A DNA stretch of 64,000 nucleotides from Macrostomum hystrix. Its lineage: Eukaryota > Animalia > Platyhelminthes. Positions 26,601 to 36,542 of the stretch are shown here, one piece after another. The notes below the pieces were generated by a model, which made no database searches, had not been told where the DNA came from, and was given only the letters and a program-made list of their open reading frames with translations. Numbering within the stretch: position 1 is the first letter of the stretch; the number at the start of each line of letters is the position of its first letter. The DNA is taken from NCBI GenBank assembly GCA_950097015.1, contig CATNEN010000038.1, forward strand, positions 19,716,001 through 19,780,000. Direction: 5' to 3'. Position numbers and translations under genes: made by a program.

Positions 26601-29600
26601 AATTGTCGGTCGATTGACGGTTGAAAGTCTGAGTTGGTTCCCAGCGGGTTGTACAATCATTAGGCTTCTATGCAGGACCAATAAACGCGCTTCTTCAGTT
26701 GGCCAATCAGCGGGCTTCCCAGAGCGGGCCAATCAGGGGGCTTCCCAGAGAGATCCAATTAGTGGCCTTATCTAAGCGGACCAATCAGGGGGCTTCCCAG
26801 AGAGATCCAATTAGTGGCCTTATCTAAGCGGACCAATCAGGGGGCTTCCCAGAGAGATCCAATTAGTGGCCTTATCTATCCGGACCAATCAGCGGGTTCT
26901 CAAATTAAACGTCAATTAATATTGACGAATAAAGGAAAATTAGGGACAGAAACTTACCCATCATGTGCATTCGCAGTAGGCCCTCTTTCTTTTCTAGTCG
27001 CTGCTTTAAGCCAGGAGCGGCAGCTTGACCAATGTCGGATAAGCGACTATCGTAGCACGCATTGACAGCCTTTTGTAGAGCCACTGTGGCCTGTAATAGA
27101 CAGTAATTTATACTTTGAGTCCATATGAAGTTAATAATACAATAAATCAATGATTGCCAAGTTAATAAACTACCTGCACGTGGCTAGCGTGCCACTTGGC
27201 CGGTTGTGTAGTTTCAAACAGAGAGTCTCGCACAATGGCAGACAGATCCAATGATCTACGCAATACAGCCGACAGATTAGAAGTCTCCGGATGCTCAATC
27301 AGTGGACTGTTCGGCGATACTCGACCCGGAGGTCGACAGATCGGCGGTGGCACCGGCATGGCTTCAAGGAAGAACAGATCAGTGGGATATTCAACAGATC
27401 CGGAAGCTGTCAGACAGGGAAATAGGGCGCTAAGAATTTCCCATTCCTCGGTCCATAGGCAGCGCAGATGATCGCGCAATACTAGAGGCGTCAGCACGCG
27501 AGACTCGTGCCCAGCTGTGGCAGCAGCGGCGGCTTCAGGACCCAGACTGCTGGCATCCAGTGGCTCAGATGCCCTGGCCTCTGCCTGTGCCACGGCTAGC
27601 ACAGCTGCAAGAGTGTCGTCTAGTGAATTAGCCGGCCTACGATCGCCAGCGTCGCTATCGTCACCGTCTGGAGGTAGCAGGGCCATAATTGCTGGACCAT
27701 TTGACGATTCTTCCAGTACAGTATCAATCAGATTGTCAACATTGCTAGCTAATCGATTGGCTCGGAGCATAGGCGATTCAGTGTAGCCAGATCTAGCCGA
27801 TGCCAAATAAACATCGGCCTTGTGCTTGTGCTGCAGGCCGGGCCGGCGGCTGGAACAGTGCGGACATTTGCCTTTGGCGCGAGCGGTCAGAAAGTGCATG
27901 ACAGCTTTGGCTAGTTCAACTCGACGCATGTGGATTATGCCCGCCGTAGGCAGCTGCTGCTGCTGCTGGGGGCTATGACGCGAACAAGCCTCGTCGAAGG
28001 CCATCTGTGTTAGTTAGTAAAATATATTTTTCTAATTGAGAACTCGATTCCAAAGCCAGAAGTCTATCCCACAATGTCCAAACCATGAAGTTAGAAACCT
28101 GAAGTCTAATCCATGAAGTCAGAAACCTGAACTCTAATCCATGAAGTCAGAAACCTGAACTCTAATCCATGAAATTAGAAACCTGAAGTCTAATCCATGA
28201 AATTAGAAACCTGAAGTCTAATCCATGAAGTCAGAAACCTGAAGTCTAATCCATGAAATTAGAAACCTGAAGTCTAATCCATGAAGTCAGAAACCTGAAC
28301 TCTAATCCATGAAATTAGAAACCTGAAGTCTAATCCATGAAATTAGAAACCTGAAGTCTAATCCATGAAATTAGAAACCTGAAGTCTAATCCATGAAGTC
28401 AGAAACCTGAAGTCTAATCCATGAAGTCAGAAACCTGAAGTCTAATCCATGAAGTCAGAAACCTGAAGTCTAATCCATGAAGTCAGAAACCTGAAGTCTA
28501 ATCCATGAAGTCAGAAACCTGAAGTCTAATCCATGACGTCAGAAACCTGAAGTCTAATCCATGAAGTCAGAAACCTGAAGTCTAATCCATGAAGTCAGAA
28601 ACCTGAAGTCTAATCCATGAAGTCAGAAACCTGAAGTCTAATCCATGAAGTCAGAAACCTGAACTCTAATTCATGAAGTCAGAAACCTGAAGTCTAATCC
28701 ATGAAGTCAGAAACCTGAAGTCTAATCCATGAAGTCAGAAACCTGAAGTCTAATCCATGAAGTCAGAAACCTGAAGTCTAATCCATGAAGTCAGAAACCT
28801 GAAGTCTAATCCATGAAGTCAGAAACCTGAACTCTAATTCATGAAGTCAGAAACCTGAAGTCTAATCCATGAAATTAGAAACCTGAAGTCTAATCCATGA
28901 AATTAGAAACCTGAAGTCTAATCCATGAAGTCAGAAACCTGAAGTCTAATCCATGAAGTCAGAAACCTGAAGTCTAATCCATGAAGTCAGAAACCTGAAG
29001 TCTAATCCATGAAGTCAGAAACCTGAAGTCTAATCCATGAAGTCAGAAACCTGAAGTCTAATCCATGAAGTCAGAAACCTGAAGTCTAATCCATGAAGTC
29101 AGAAACCTGAAGTCTAATCCATGAAGTCAGAAACCTGAAGTCTAATCCATGAAGTCAGAAACCTGAAGTCTAATCCATGAAGTCAGAAACCTGAAGTCTA
29201 ATCCATGAAGTCAGAAACCTGAAGTCTAATCCGTGAAGTCAGAAACCTGAACTCTAATCCATGAAGTCAGAAACCTGAAGTCTAATCCGTGAAGTCAGAA
29301 ACCTGAAGTCTAATCCATGAAGTCAGAAACCTGAAGTCTAATCCATGAAGTCAGAAACCTGAAGTCTAATCCATGAAGTCAGAAACCTGAACTCTAATCC
29401 ATGAAGTCAGAAACCTGAAGTCTAATCCATGAAGTCAGAAACCTGAAGTCTAATCCATGAAGTCAGAAACCTGAAGTCTAATCCATGAAGTCAGAAACCT
29501 GAAGTCTAATCCATGAAGTCAGAAACCTGAAGTCTAATCCATGAAGTCAGAAACCTGAAGTCTAATCCATGAAGTCAGAAACCTGAAGTCTAATCCATGA

Positions 29601-31860
29601 AGTCAGAAACCTGAAGTCTAATCCATGAAGTCAGAAACCTGAACTCTAATTCATGAAGTCAGAAACCTGAAGTCTAATCCATGAAGTCAGAAACCTGAAG
29701 TCTAATCCATGAAGTCAGAAACCTGAAGTCTAATCCATGAAGTCAGAAACCTGAAGTCTAATCCATGAAGTCAGAAACCTGAAGTCTAATCCATGAAGTC
29801 AGAAACCTGAAGTCTAATCCATGAAGTCAGAAACCTGAAGTCTAATCCATGAAGTCAGAAACCTGAAGTCTAATCCATGAAGTCAGAAACCTGAAGTCTA
29901 ATCCATGAAGTCAGAAACCTGAAGTCTAATCCATGAAGTCAGAAACCTGAAGTCTAATCCATGAAGTCAGAAACCTGAAGTCTAATCCATGAAGTCAGGA
30001 ACCTGAACTCTAATCCATGAAGTCAGAAACCTGAAGTCTAATCCATGAAGTCAGAAACCTGAAGTCTAATCCATGAAGTCAGAAACCTGAAGTCTAATCC
30101 ATGAAGTCAGAAACCTGAAGTCTAATCCATGAAGTCAGAAACCTGAAGTCTAATCCATGAAGTCAGAAACCTGAAGTCTAATCCATGAAGTCAGAAACCT
30201 GAAGTCTAATCCATGAAATTAGAAACCTGAAGTCTAATCCATGAAATTAGAAACCTGAAGTCTAATCCATGAAGTCAGAAACCTGAAGTCTAATCCATGA
30301 AGTCAGAAACCTGAAGTCTAATCCATGAAGTCAGAAACCTGAAGTCTAATCCATGAAGTCAGAAACCTGAAGTCTAATCCATGAAGTCAGAAACCTGAAG
30401 TCTAATCCATGAAGTCAGAAACCTGAAGTCTAATCCGTGAAGTCAGAAACCTGAACTCTAATCCATGAAGTCAGAAACCTGAAGTCTAATCCGTGAAGTC
30501 AGAAACCTGAACTCTAATCCATGAAGTTATAAATGGATTTCTTAACAAATCGGGCTTACCTGAAGTCGCTCTAAGCAGCCTGTATCCGTTCTTATGGCCC
30601 CTATCTCAGCCTCTTTAACCAGTTCCTCATCAAGGTCGCCTTGAAACTGATCTTCTTCGTTGTTGGTTTTGCCATTAGCTTTGCGACCACTGCCAGCATC
30701 CCTGATTGGTGGATTTTGGTGGCTGACATGAAGACATTACAGACTTTAAACTCACCGTATTTTTAACTCTATATAAATTTAACATTAATCATGTCAGCTA
30801 AAATGGTCTCATTTATTAAAAACATGTATAATTTCTCACAAGTACACTCGCTTACACAAACGTGTACAATAGCAACCAATCAGACGTAAAATAAGCCGAT
30901 AGCCTAGCCTACTAGTTTTTTGTATGAAAAACTTCTACTTAATTAATGTTATAAATTTATAATTGATTTGAAAGTGACTTGTACAATTTATTTAGTCACT
31001 AAATAACTTTTGACTAGCTAATGTGCTTCATGACAAATAAACGAATAGAAAATGAAGTTCAATTGTTAATGAATAAAGCCTTCTGAAATTCGATGAAGCA
31101 ACATTTTTTGCAAGATATATTAAGTTATGAACTTTTTTTGTGAAAAAGCATAGATTTCGTATCACGCTAGTCCATTTCTTAGTAGAAACTAAGTGTCCCC
31201 ATTCTTCTTCTTTTAGTGGTCCTTGGTGTGTACGTCTGCCCTGACTTTCTCATCGTCAGGCAGTGTTGGCCCTAAAGGCAGTGTTGGCCCCCCAAAAATG
31301 AATGTGGATTCGAACTCAGGGCTTTGAAGGCGTCAAAGACAGCAGCACCACATTGCTTACCTGGCATCGAGATGATGAGCTGAATAGATGGCGGCTAACT
31401 GGTCCACTAGAAGCAGCGGATTATTATCCTGAGTTAGGCCCAAAGCCAGGAATTGTAGCCGAATCAAGCGCCTATAATCAAATTTAACAGAGAATCTGTG
31501 ACAATAGAAGCACTTGGCTTTCACCAGTTTGAATACCAGGTCGAAGAACATCGGATGCAGCACCGGGCTAAACAGCTCAATATGACCAAAATGACCGCCG
31601 CACTGCCAGTAGCCCAGGCTGCACTTGCGGCAAACATCTCGCTCATCCAACGGCCCCAAATCCGGGTCATATAGACCGAAATCTAATCGATAGCCGGTCA
31701 GCCGGTCAAAGGTTTCCACTCTATTGATTTCTTTAACCGATAGTCGACGAATTTCGGCGGTACTATAGCAACGAAAACTGACGCCGTTAACGTCAACAGG
31801 AGCGGCTGACAATGTCACACGGGATGGCCTTTCCAGGCCCAGGCCAAGGGCTGACGCAGC
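9973..31860 (-). CDS. POLR1A: DNA-directed RNA polymerase I largest subunit (RPA1/A190), 13 exons, ~1895 aa
   Basis: Exons 31860-31361, 30701-30560, 28004-27174, 27090-26958, 18485-18077, 17786-17594, 17188-16982, 15836-15327, 14867-14274, 13478-12980, 12667-12396, 11967-11263 and 10665-9973 join in frame (5688 nt). Motifs include Cxx[42 protein letters not shown], catalytic [43 protein letters not shown] and VDPRHL. There is no CTD heptad repeat, and these motif variants fit Pol I. Confidence 0.93.
10762..11186. repeat. Dispersed repeat, inverted homologue of 56498-56980
   Basis: The segment gagatattcagcgattcttgtcgaagac is close to the reverse complement of ~56816-56845, and both copies have similar cccctggtc ends. 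Confidence 0.5.
12200..12340 (-). mobile_element. SINE family A fragment
   Basis: gctgactcctgagcacacac...gtcaggcagtgtacact matches family A. Confidence 0.6.
12735..12921. repeat. 24-bp tandem repeat in POLR1A intron 10
   Basis: Unit ctacctactagacggtcatagtcc, ~7.5 copies. Confidence 0.9.
13600..14250. repeat. 22-bp tandem repeat in POLR1A intron 9
   Basis: Unit catgggatttcaggtagaaact, with degenerate edges. Confidence 0.92.
15895..16880. repeat. 15-bp tandem repeat in POLR1A intron 7 (homogeneous part followed by a diverged sub-array)
   Basis: tgtgtatctatgcca runs ~15940-16510, then tgtc(c/a)atctgtgtca continues to ~16880. Confidence 0.95.
17226..17515. repeat. 33-bp tandem repeat in POLR1A intron 6
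   Basis: Unit approximately acctagattctccatctagagccccagacaaca. Confidence 0.88.
19274..22019 (+). pseudogene. EnSpm-like transposase, 3 exons, with one frameshift near 20200
   Basis: Exons 19274-20553, 20681-21144 and 21290-22019. Motifs: CxxC...Cxx[22 protein letters not shown]...[21 protein letters not shown]...H...FGPL..ISASLFE. The frame changes between ...RASHFF and [10 protein letters not shown]. Confidence 0.82.
22411..23363 (+). CDS. Transposon accessory gene 2, unknown function (~267 aa, 2 exons)
   Basis: ATG at 22411, donor AAT|gtaagc after 22905, acceptor ttacag|GAA at 23055, in frame to the stop at 23363. Confidence 0.55.
24223..25491 (+). pseudogene. Transposon accessory gene 3: N-terminal beta-rich domain, CxxC plus coiled coil, C-terminal BEN-like domain; two in-frame TAG
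   Basis: ORFs 24094, 24520 and 25069 are in one frame, separated only by TAG at 24505 and 25045. [23 protein letters not shown]...[15 protein letters not shown] resembles the BEN-domain consensus. Confidence 0.65.
25985..26332. repeat. 70-bp subterminal tandem repeat of the CMC transposon (~5 copies)
   Basis: Unit gtcggtgaaaaatggccttacaatgtcggtgaaagtcgtgccaatattggtccgattctgtccgttgagt. Confidence 0.9.
26700..26897. repeat. ~52-bp CCAAT-containing tandem repeat
   Basis: ccaatcagggggcttcccagagagatccaattagtggccttatctaagcgga, about 3 copies. Confidence 0.8.
28083..30529. repeat. 28-bp minisatellite, ~87 copies, filling POLR1A intron 2
   Basis: Unit ccatgaagtcagaaacctgaagtctaat. Confidence 0.97.
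31231..31325 (-). mobile_element. SINE family A fragment
   Basis: ctgccctgactttctcatcgtcaggcagtgt...aaaatgaatgtgg..ttcgaactcagg. Confidence 0.5.
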
Positions 31861-32018
31861 CTGAAATGAGAAAGAAATTGCTATCGATTTACAAATAAAC
31901 AGCCAAAATATCAACCCCAAGTGATGCCCGTGAGAAACTCAGTTAAATAATTCAAAAGACTTCTAACCGAAAGGTCATGAGTTCGATTTTCAGCCTCTAA
32001 ATAATCAAAGGGTGGCGG

Positions 32019-32306
32019 TCGGGGGTTAATGGCAGAGCGGTTAATCCGTTTGCCTCTCGCGCCAAGGTCCCTGAGTTCGATTCCGCGGCGAGGCCACAAT
32101 CATTTGGGGCGCAGCCGCGGTGAGAAGGCTTGGTGACTTATCCTGCAATATACTCTGATTGAGGACCAACCTCCAAGGCACAGTGAGTGTACACTGCCTG
32201 ACGATGAGAAATTCGGGGCAGATGTACACACCTGTGTGCAAGTGTGTGCTCAGGAGTCAGTGAAATGGCCAGAATTGCCTCTGCTGGCTGTAGGTCATGT
32301 GTCACT
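32019..32306 (+). mobile_element. tRNA-derived SINE family A, near full length
   Basis: Pol III A box TGGCAGAGCGG and B box GTTCGATTCC, followed by a body shared with at least 6 other copies in the window. Confidence 0.8.
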
Positions 32307-32989
32307 AAAATATGTACAATTACCTCCTGCGACTAGAACATGGACTGAGCATAGGAAGTGGAGTACTTTAACATCCTTAAAGAATTAGACAGTAAAAAAT
32401 ATGAAAGGAAGACAAACATTGAGCTTATAGCAAGTTGCAACAATGCTAGTTAGAGCATGGCTACAAAAGATCATGTCAAAGGCAAAGAATTTGACTTTAT
32501 TTATTTTGTTTTTTTTAAACGCATTTTGTGCCACTAATTATGCGATGATAATTTTAGTAGAAAAGCAGACAGACATAACAACACAAGGTAAAACGATACA
32601 ATACGAGCGTAAATAAGCGAATATTCACACGTACACAAAGCCAATTCAATCGTTACTTTTAGAAGAGTACTAAATACGACTTTGTGTAATTAGATTTTTG
32701 GGAAAAAACCGTTCACATATTTCAGTAAGAAATGGTCTTCAGACAGTGCAAATAATTTTTTTAAAACAACGATTACGAGTAACTAAGAAATATAAAAGCT
32801 AGAGATTTTACAAAACCGCTTAAATCCCTAAAATCTAAAACAGGTATTTTACAAAACTCGTGAAATCCCAAAAATTATTGAGTATAGATTTCATAAAACC
32901 CCATAATCTCCCATATTTTGGGAGGTGATTTTACAAAAGCGCATTAATATTCCATATTCTAGTGTAGGGATTTTCAAGAAAACCTTTAA

Positions 32990-33490
32990 TCCGACATATT
33001 CTTGAGAATGGATTTTACAGAACCCCCCTAATCCCACATATAATTGAGTAGGGATTTAACAGAACACCATAATATCCAACGTATTCTTGAGAAGGGATTT
33101 AACAGAACACCTTAATATCCCACATATTCTTGAGAAGGGATTTAACAGAACACCTTAATATCCCACGTATTCTTGAGAAGGGATTTAACAGAACACCATA
33201 ATATCCAACGTATTCTTGAGAAGGGATTTAACAGAACACCTTAATATCCCACATATTCTTGAGAAGGGATTTAACAGAACACCATAATATCCAACGTATT
33301 CTTGAGAAGGGATTTAACAGAACACCTTAATATCCCACATATTCTTGAGAAGGGATTTAACAGAACACCTTAATATCCCACGTATTCTTGAGAAGGGATT
33401 TAACAGAACACCTTAATATCCCACGTATTCTTGAGAAGGGATTTAACAGAACACCTTAATATCCAACGTATCCTTGAGTAAAGATTTCAA
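32990..33490. repeat. ~43-bp tandem repeat between SAP18 and POLR1A, with older degenerate copies on both sides
   Basis: Unit tattcttgagaagggatttaacagaacaccttaatatcccacg. Confidence 0.9.
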
Positions 33491-33711
33491 AGAATCGATT
33501 TTATCTCCCATATTCTACGGTAGGAGTTCAACAGAAGCACATAATTCTTCAACATTCATTTTGAAGGGATTTTATTGTTTTTTTCTTATGTAGGGATTAT
33601 CAGGTAGGCAGAGAGTCACTACTACTGAAGGGACCAATTCATAACAGACAAAGCAGACACAGGCTTTTAATTCAAGAACAGAACGGTGAGCAAGCTGAGA
33701 GACTTTGTCAA

Positions 33712-35200
33712 TCAACGCCTACGACTTCCGCCGCCGCCGCCGACTCGACCGCGAATATTATCATCGTCCCGACGATGCCGACCATCGCGGTCTCGATCTC
33801 TATCGTTGCCGCCGCCGCGTTCGCGCTCTCCTCGTTCGTCCGGGCAGATTGATATGTCTAGATAGTCGCCAATTCTAAACCGACGCTGCTTCAGCGTCAC
33901 ATCGTCGTCCATGCCGCGGGTGCCATTCCGAACTGTGCCAATGTCGCGCGATTTATATCTACTCGACTGCATGTCCGGATAGATGACGGAGAAATCGAAA
34001 TAGGTACCTTTGGCCCGCGCGTCCGGATTCACCTGGTTAGACGAGGATGCGGCATGATAAAGATAATTATTATTATTACTTATTACACCTGCCCTAATTG
34101 AGCCAGATGTGCAGCCGACTGCGTAAGGCTGAAGGCTGCGTACGGCTGTTCAGTCCATGGACTGGGGGGACGCCACACCCACCCTCAATTACCCCAGCTG
34201 ATGCTGGTACCCATTCAACAACTGGGTGAACTGAAGCAAAGTGTCTTGCTAGTAGACACAAGTTGGGTCGCGAATCGAACCCCCGACCTTCAAGTCGTGA
34301 ATCTGACGCTCTAACCACTAGGTTACAACCTTTTTTGCATGCTGCAAATCTGCAATCTGCAGTTGTTACAAGCCACACCTATCCTCAGTTACCAATCGGA
34401 CATCGGGTTGAACTCAAGCAATACATATTTTGTGTCTTGCTAAAGCAAACAAAAATTATTACAGTGAAGTCAAGATTCGAACCACCGACTTACATTTAAC
34501 TTTTGATTTATTGTCCTACGTTTAAGAAGCTTGCTTCACATTTGGAGTATGTGCAATGAATTGCCACATTTTTTAGGCTAGTGACATTTTGGAAAAAATT
34601 GGGTAATTAAAATGCTTGTCCAAATTACTTGTAGTAATGGGGCTAGTAAGCATGTAAATTGCATGAACATTTTTTATTAAAAGCACTAGATTCAACAGAA
34701 TTTTAAAATATATATTAATTGCTTTGACAAGTCAATCATTGAACCTTTATAGGCAACTATGCTTACAATTGACTCCCACATCTGTCTCAGAGTAGATTGG
34801 CCAATTATAAAAAAATGCTGCACTCTAGGTACAGAGCTTCCGAATTACAAAAGAATAAATTTAGATGTTGCATAGTGCCTACCTCTTGCACTAGCTGCGA
34901 AAGCTCCTTAAGCGTAGCGTCAAGCCAGGTGTAAATCTGCAGTTCATTGGAAGGCGTCCTACCCTGGTTAAACTCGGACAGAGCGTGATGCCGCTTATTA
35001 GCGCAAAACACCCTGAGTAGTAGCGGGCAGGTCTTCTCACGATCGATCACTGCCGGTTTGTCATCAATAGGCGGCGGCGGCGGCTTTCGATCGCCAGCTG
35101 GCGGACGGTCTCGTTCGCGAATTCCGCTAGGCGGCGGGCTGCGCGATCGCCGTCGACGCGACAGGGTGATTGGTGAACGTGAGCGGTCGCGGTGCCTCAT
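33712..35200 (-). CDS. SAP18: Histone deacetylase complex/ASAP subunit SAP18 (212 aa, 2 exons)
   Basis: Exons 35200-34883 and 34032-33712. IDREKTCPLLLRVF, NELQIYTWLDATLKEL, DIGTV..G..GMDDDVTL...RFRIGDYLDISI are SAP18 signatures. Confidence 0.93.
34064..34330 (-). mobile_element. tRNA-derived SINE family B in the SAP18 intron
   Basis: Minus strand reads TAGTGGTTAGAGCG..GGTTCGATTC, followed by a core cacccagttgttgaatgggtaccag and a (TAA)n tail. Confidence 0.7.
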
Positions 35201-35602
35201 GCTGAAGTGTTTGACGGCGTCTGAAGAAAAGCTGCAATAGAGCCAGAAGTTTGCATCAGAAACTATTTATTCGTTACTTTGAGTACGTCACATTTATTCG
35301 TTAATAAATAATAAATCGTTGGTGTAGAATGTTGGTGTTGGTGTGGTGCTCTATTTGCTATTCTTCTATTGATAAAGTAGTTCATTAAAAATACTAAGGA
35401 CAACAATTTTTAATTGAGAAAATCAAGACAAACCGAAAATTGTTATATTTTTGTTTAATAATACCAAATTTTACCAACATGAAAGACATTATAAAAAATA
35501 CATTTCTAAATCACTAGGGGCTTAACAATATTTGTAATTAAAAACGTACAACACACATAAGTGATTTTTTAAGTTACAATCTCACTAAAAACATCTGGCT
35601 TT

Positions 35603-36542
35603 TCATATCTGCACATTCAACTGGGGCGTCACATAGCCGTCGCTGCTAGCAAACAAACGATACGCGGCAGGCGGCTTTAAATCGGTAACTATGCGCTTCT
35701 TCTGCAGTCGTTCAACAGCTGATAGGCTAATGCCTGAGCACTCGCTTATAGACAGCTGCTTTAGGCTGCGACAGAATTCGACCAATTGTTCCAACAGTCT
35801 GTCTGTAACGCGCCAACAGCCGACAATGTCCAATTCGGCTAAATTTGAATTTCCTCTCAAGTTTAAGAGTGACTCGTCTGTTAGGCCGTAGCATTTCGCA
35901 ACACTGAGCTTCTGCAAGCGTTGACAACCGGCTAGCAACCGGCTTAGACCATTGTCATCAATCTGCCAACAGCAACCCAGGTTAAGCTCCAATAGGGCTG
36001 GCCATGTGGATCCAATGAGTGACAGGGCGGCATTTGACAGCCAGTGACAGTCGCGCAAAGACAATCTGGTCAGATGGGGACAAGCCGATGTAAGCGCGTG
36101 TATTGAAGCATCTGTTAGCCAATACGATTGGTCCAGGTGTACTGAGAGCAGGTGAGAATTGGCTCTAACTACTGGCACTAGCAGTTGGTCTGTTAGCCAA
36201 CTATGCTGGGTGTGAAATCGTAGCAGGCGCAAGCTGGTACTGCAGCTGGCTAGAATCCGAAACGCAGCGCAATCTAATTTGTAGCCAGACTGGTCATAGG
36301 CTCGCTTGGCGTCTAATGAGCGCATTGAACATGAGCAGTACTCTTCTGTTAATTGCCTAAAAAATAGATTATGTAATGTAATTTATTTTTAATCTGCAAT
36401 TTATTTTATTGAGCCATATTCACAATTGAACTCACCTTGCTGTCAATGACACATTTCTAAGGCTGAGTAGATCCTGTGGCCCAAGACATGGCAGGACATA
36501 CTCGAATAGTACATCATGCCAGGGCAGTTCTAGCAGTTGCAT
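35603..36542 (-). CDS. FBXL15: F-box/LRR-repeat protein 15-like (286 aa, 2 exons)
   Basis: Exon 36542-36436 encodes MQLLELPWHDVLFEYVLPCL (F-box; FBXL15 has LDLPWEDVL). Exon 36356-35603 encodes cysteine-containing LRRs and ends in LNVQI. Confidence 0.8.

Larger units (their letters stand above)
18538..26648 (+). mobile_element. EnSpm/CACTA (CMC superfamily)-type DNA transposon, 8111 bp, inserted antisense in POLR1A intron 4
   Basis: Perfect 22-bp TIRs CCCGCTGGGAACCAACTCAGAC (18538-18559 and 26627-26648), with TT on both sides (2-bp TSD). Subterminal tandem repeats (80-bp left, 70-bp right) share an inverted TCGGTGAAAA motif. Contains a transposase and two further genes. Confidence 0.9.

Noticed and set aside
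28083-30529. 28-bp and 29-bp arrays as possible CRISPR arrays
   Set aside because: The units are contiguous with no unique spacers, the context is eukaryotic, and there are no cas genes.
32019-32100. tRNA gene
   Set aside because: The A/B boxes continue into a ~250-bp body found in many diverged copies, so this is a SINE head. The same applies at 34250-34330 and 55461.
32324-32375. Cis first coding exon of POLR1A (donor GAG|gtaatt)
   Set aside because: ATGs in the phase-0 frame meet TAG before the donor, and the open ATG frame is phase 2 and stops shortly after joining 31860. It could still be non-coding or outron sequence.
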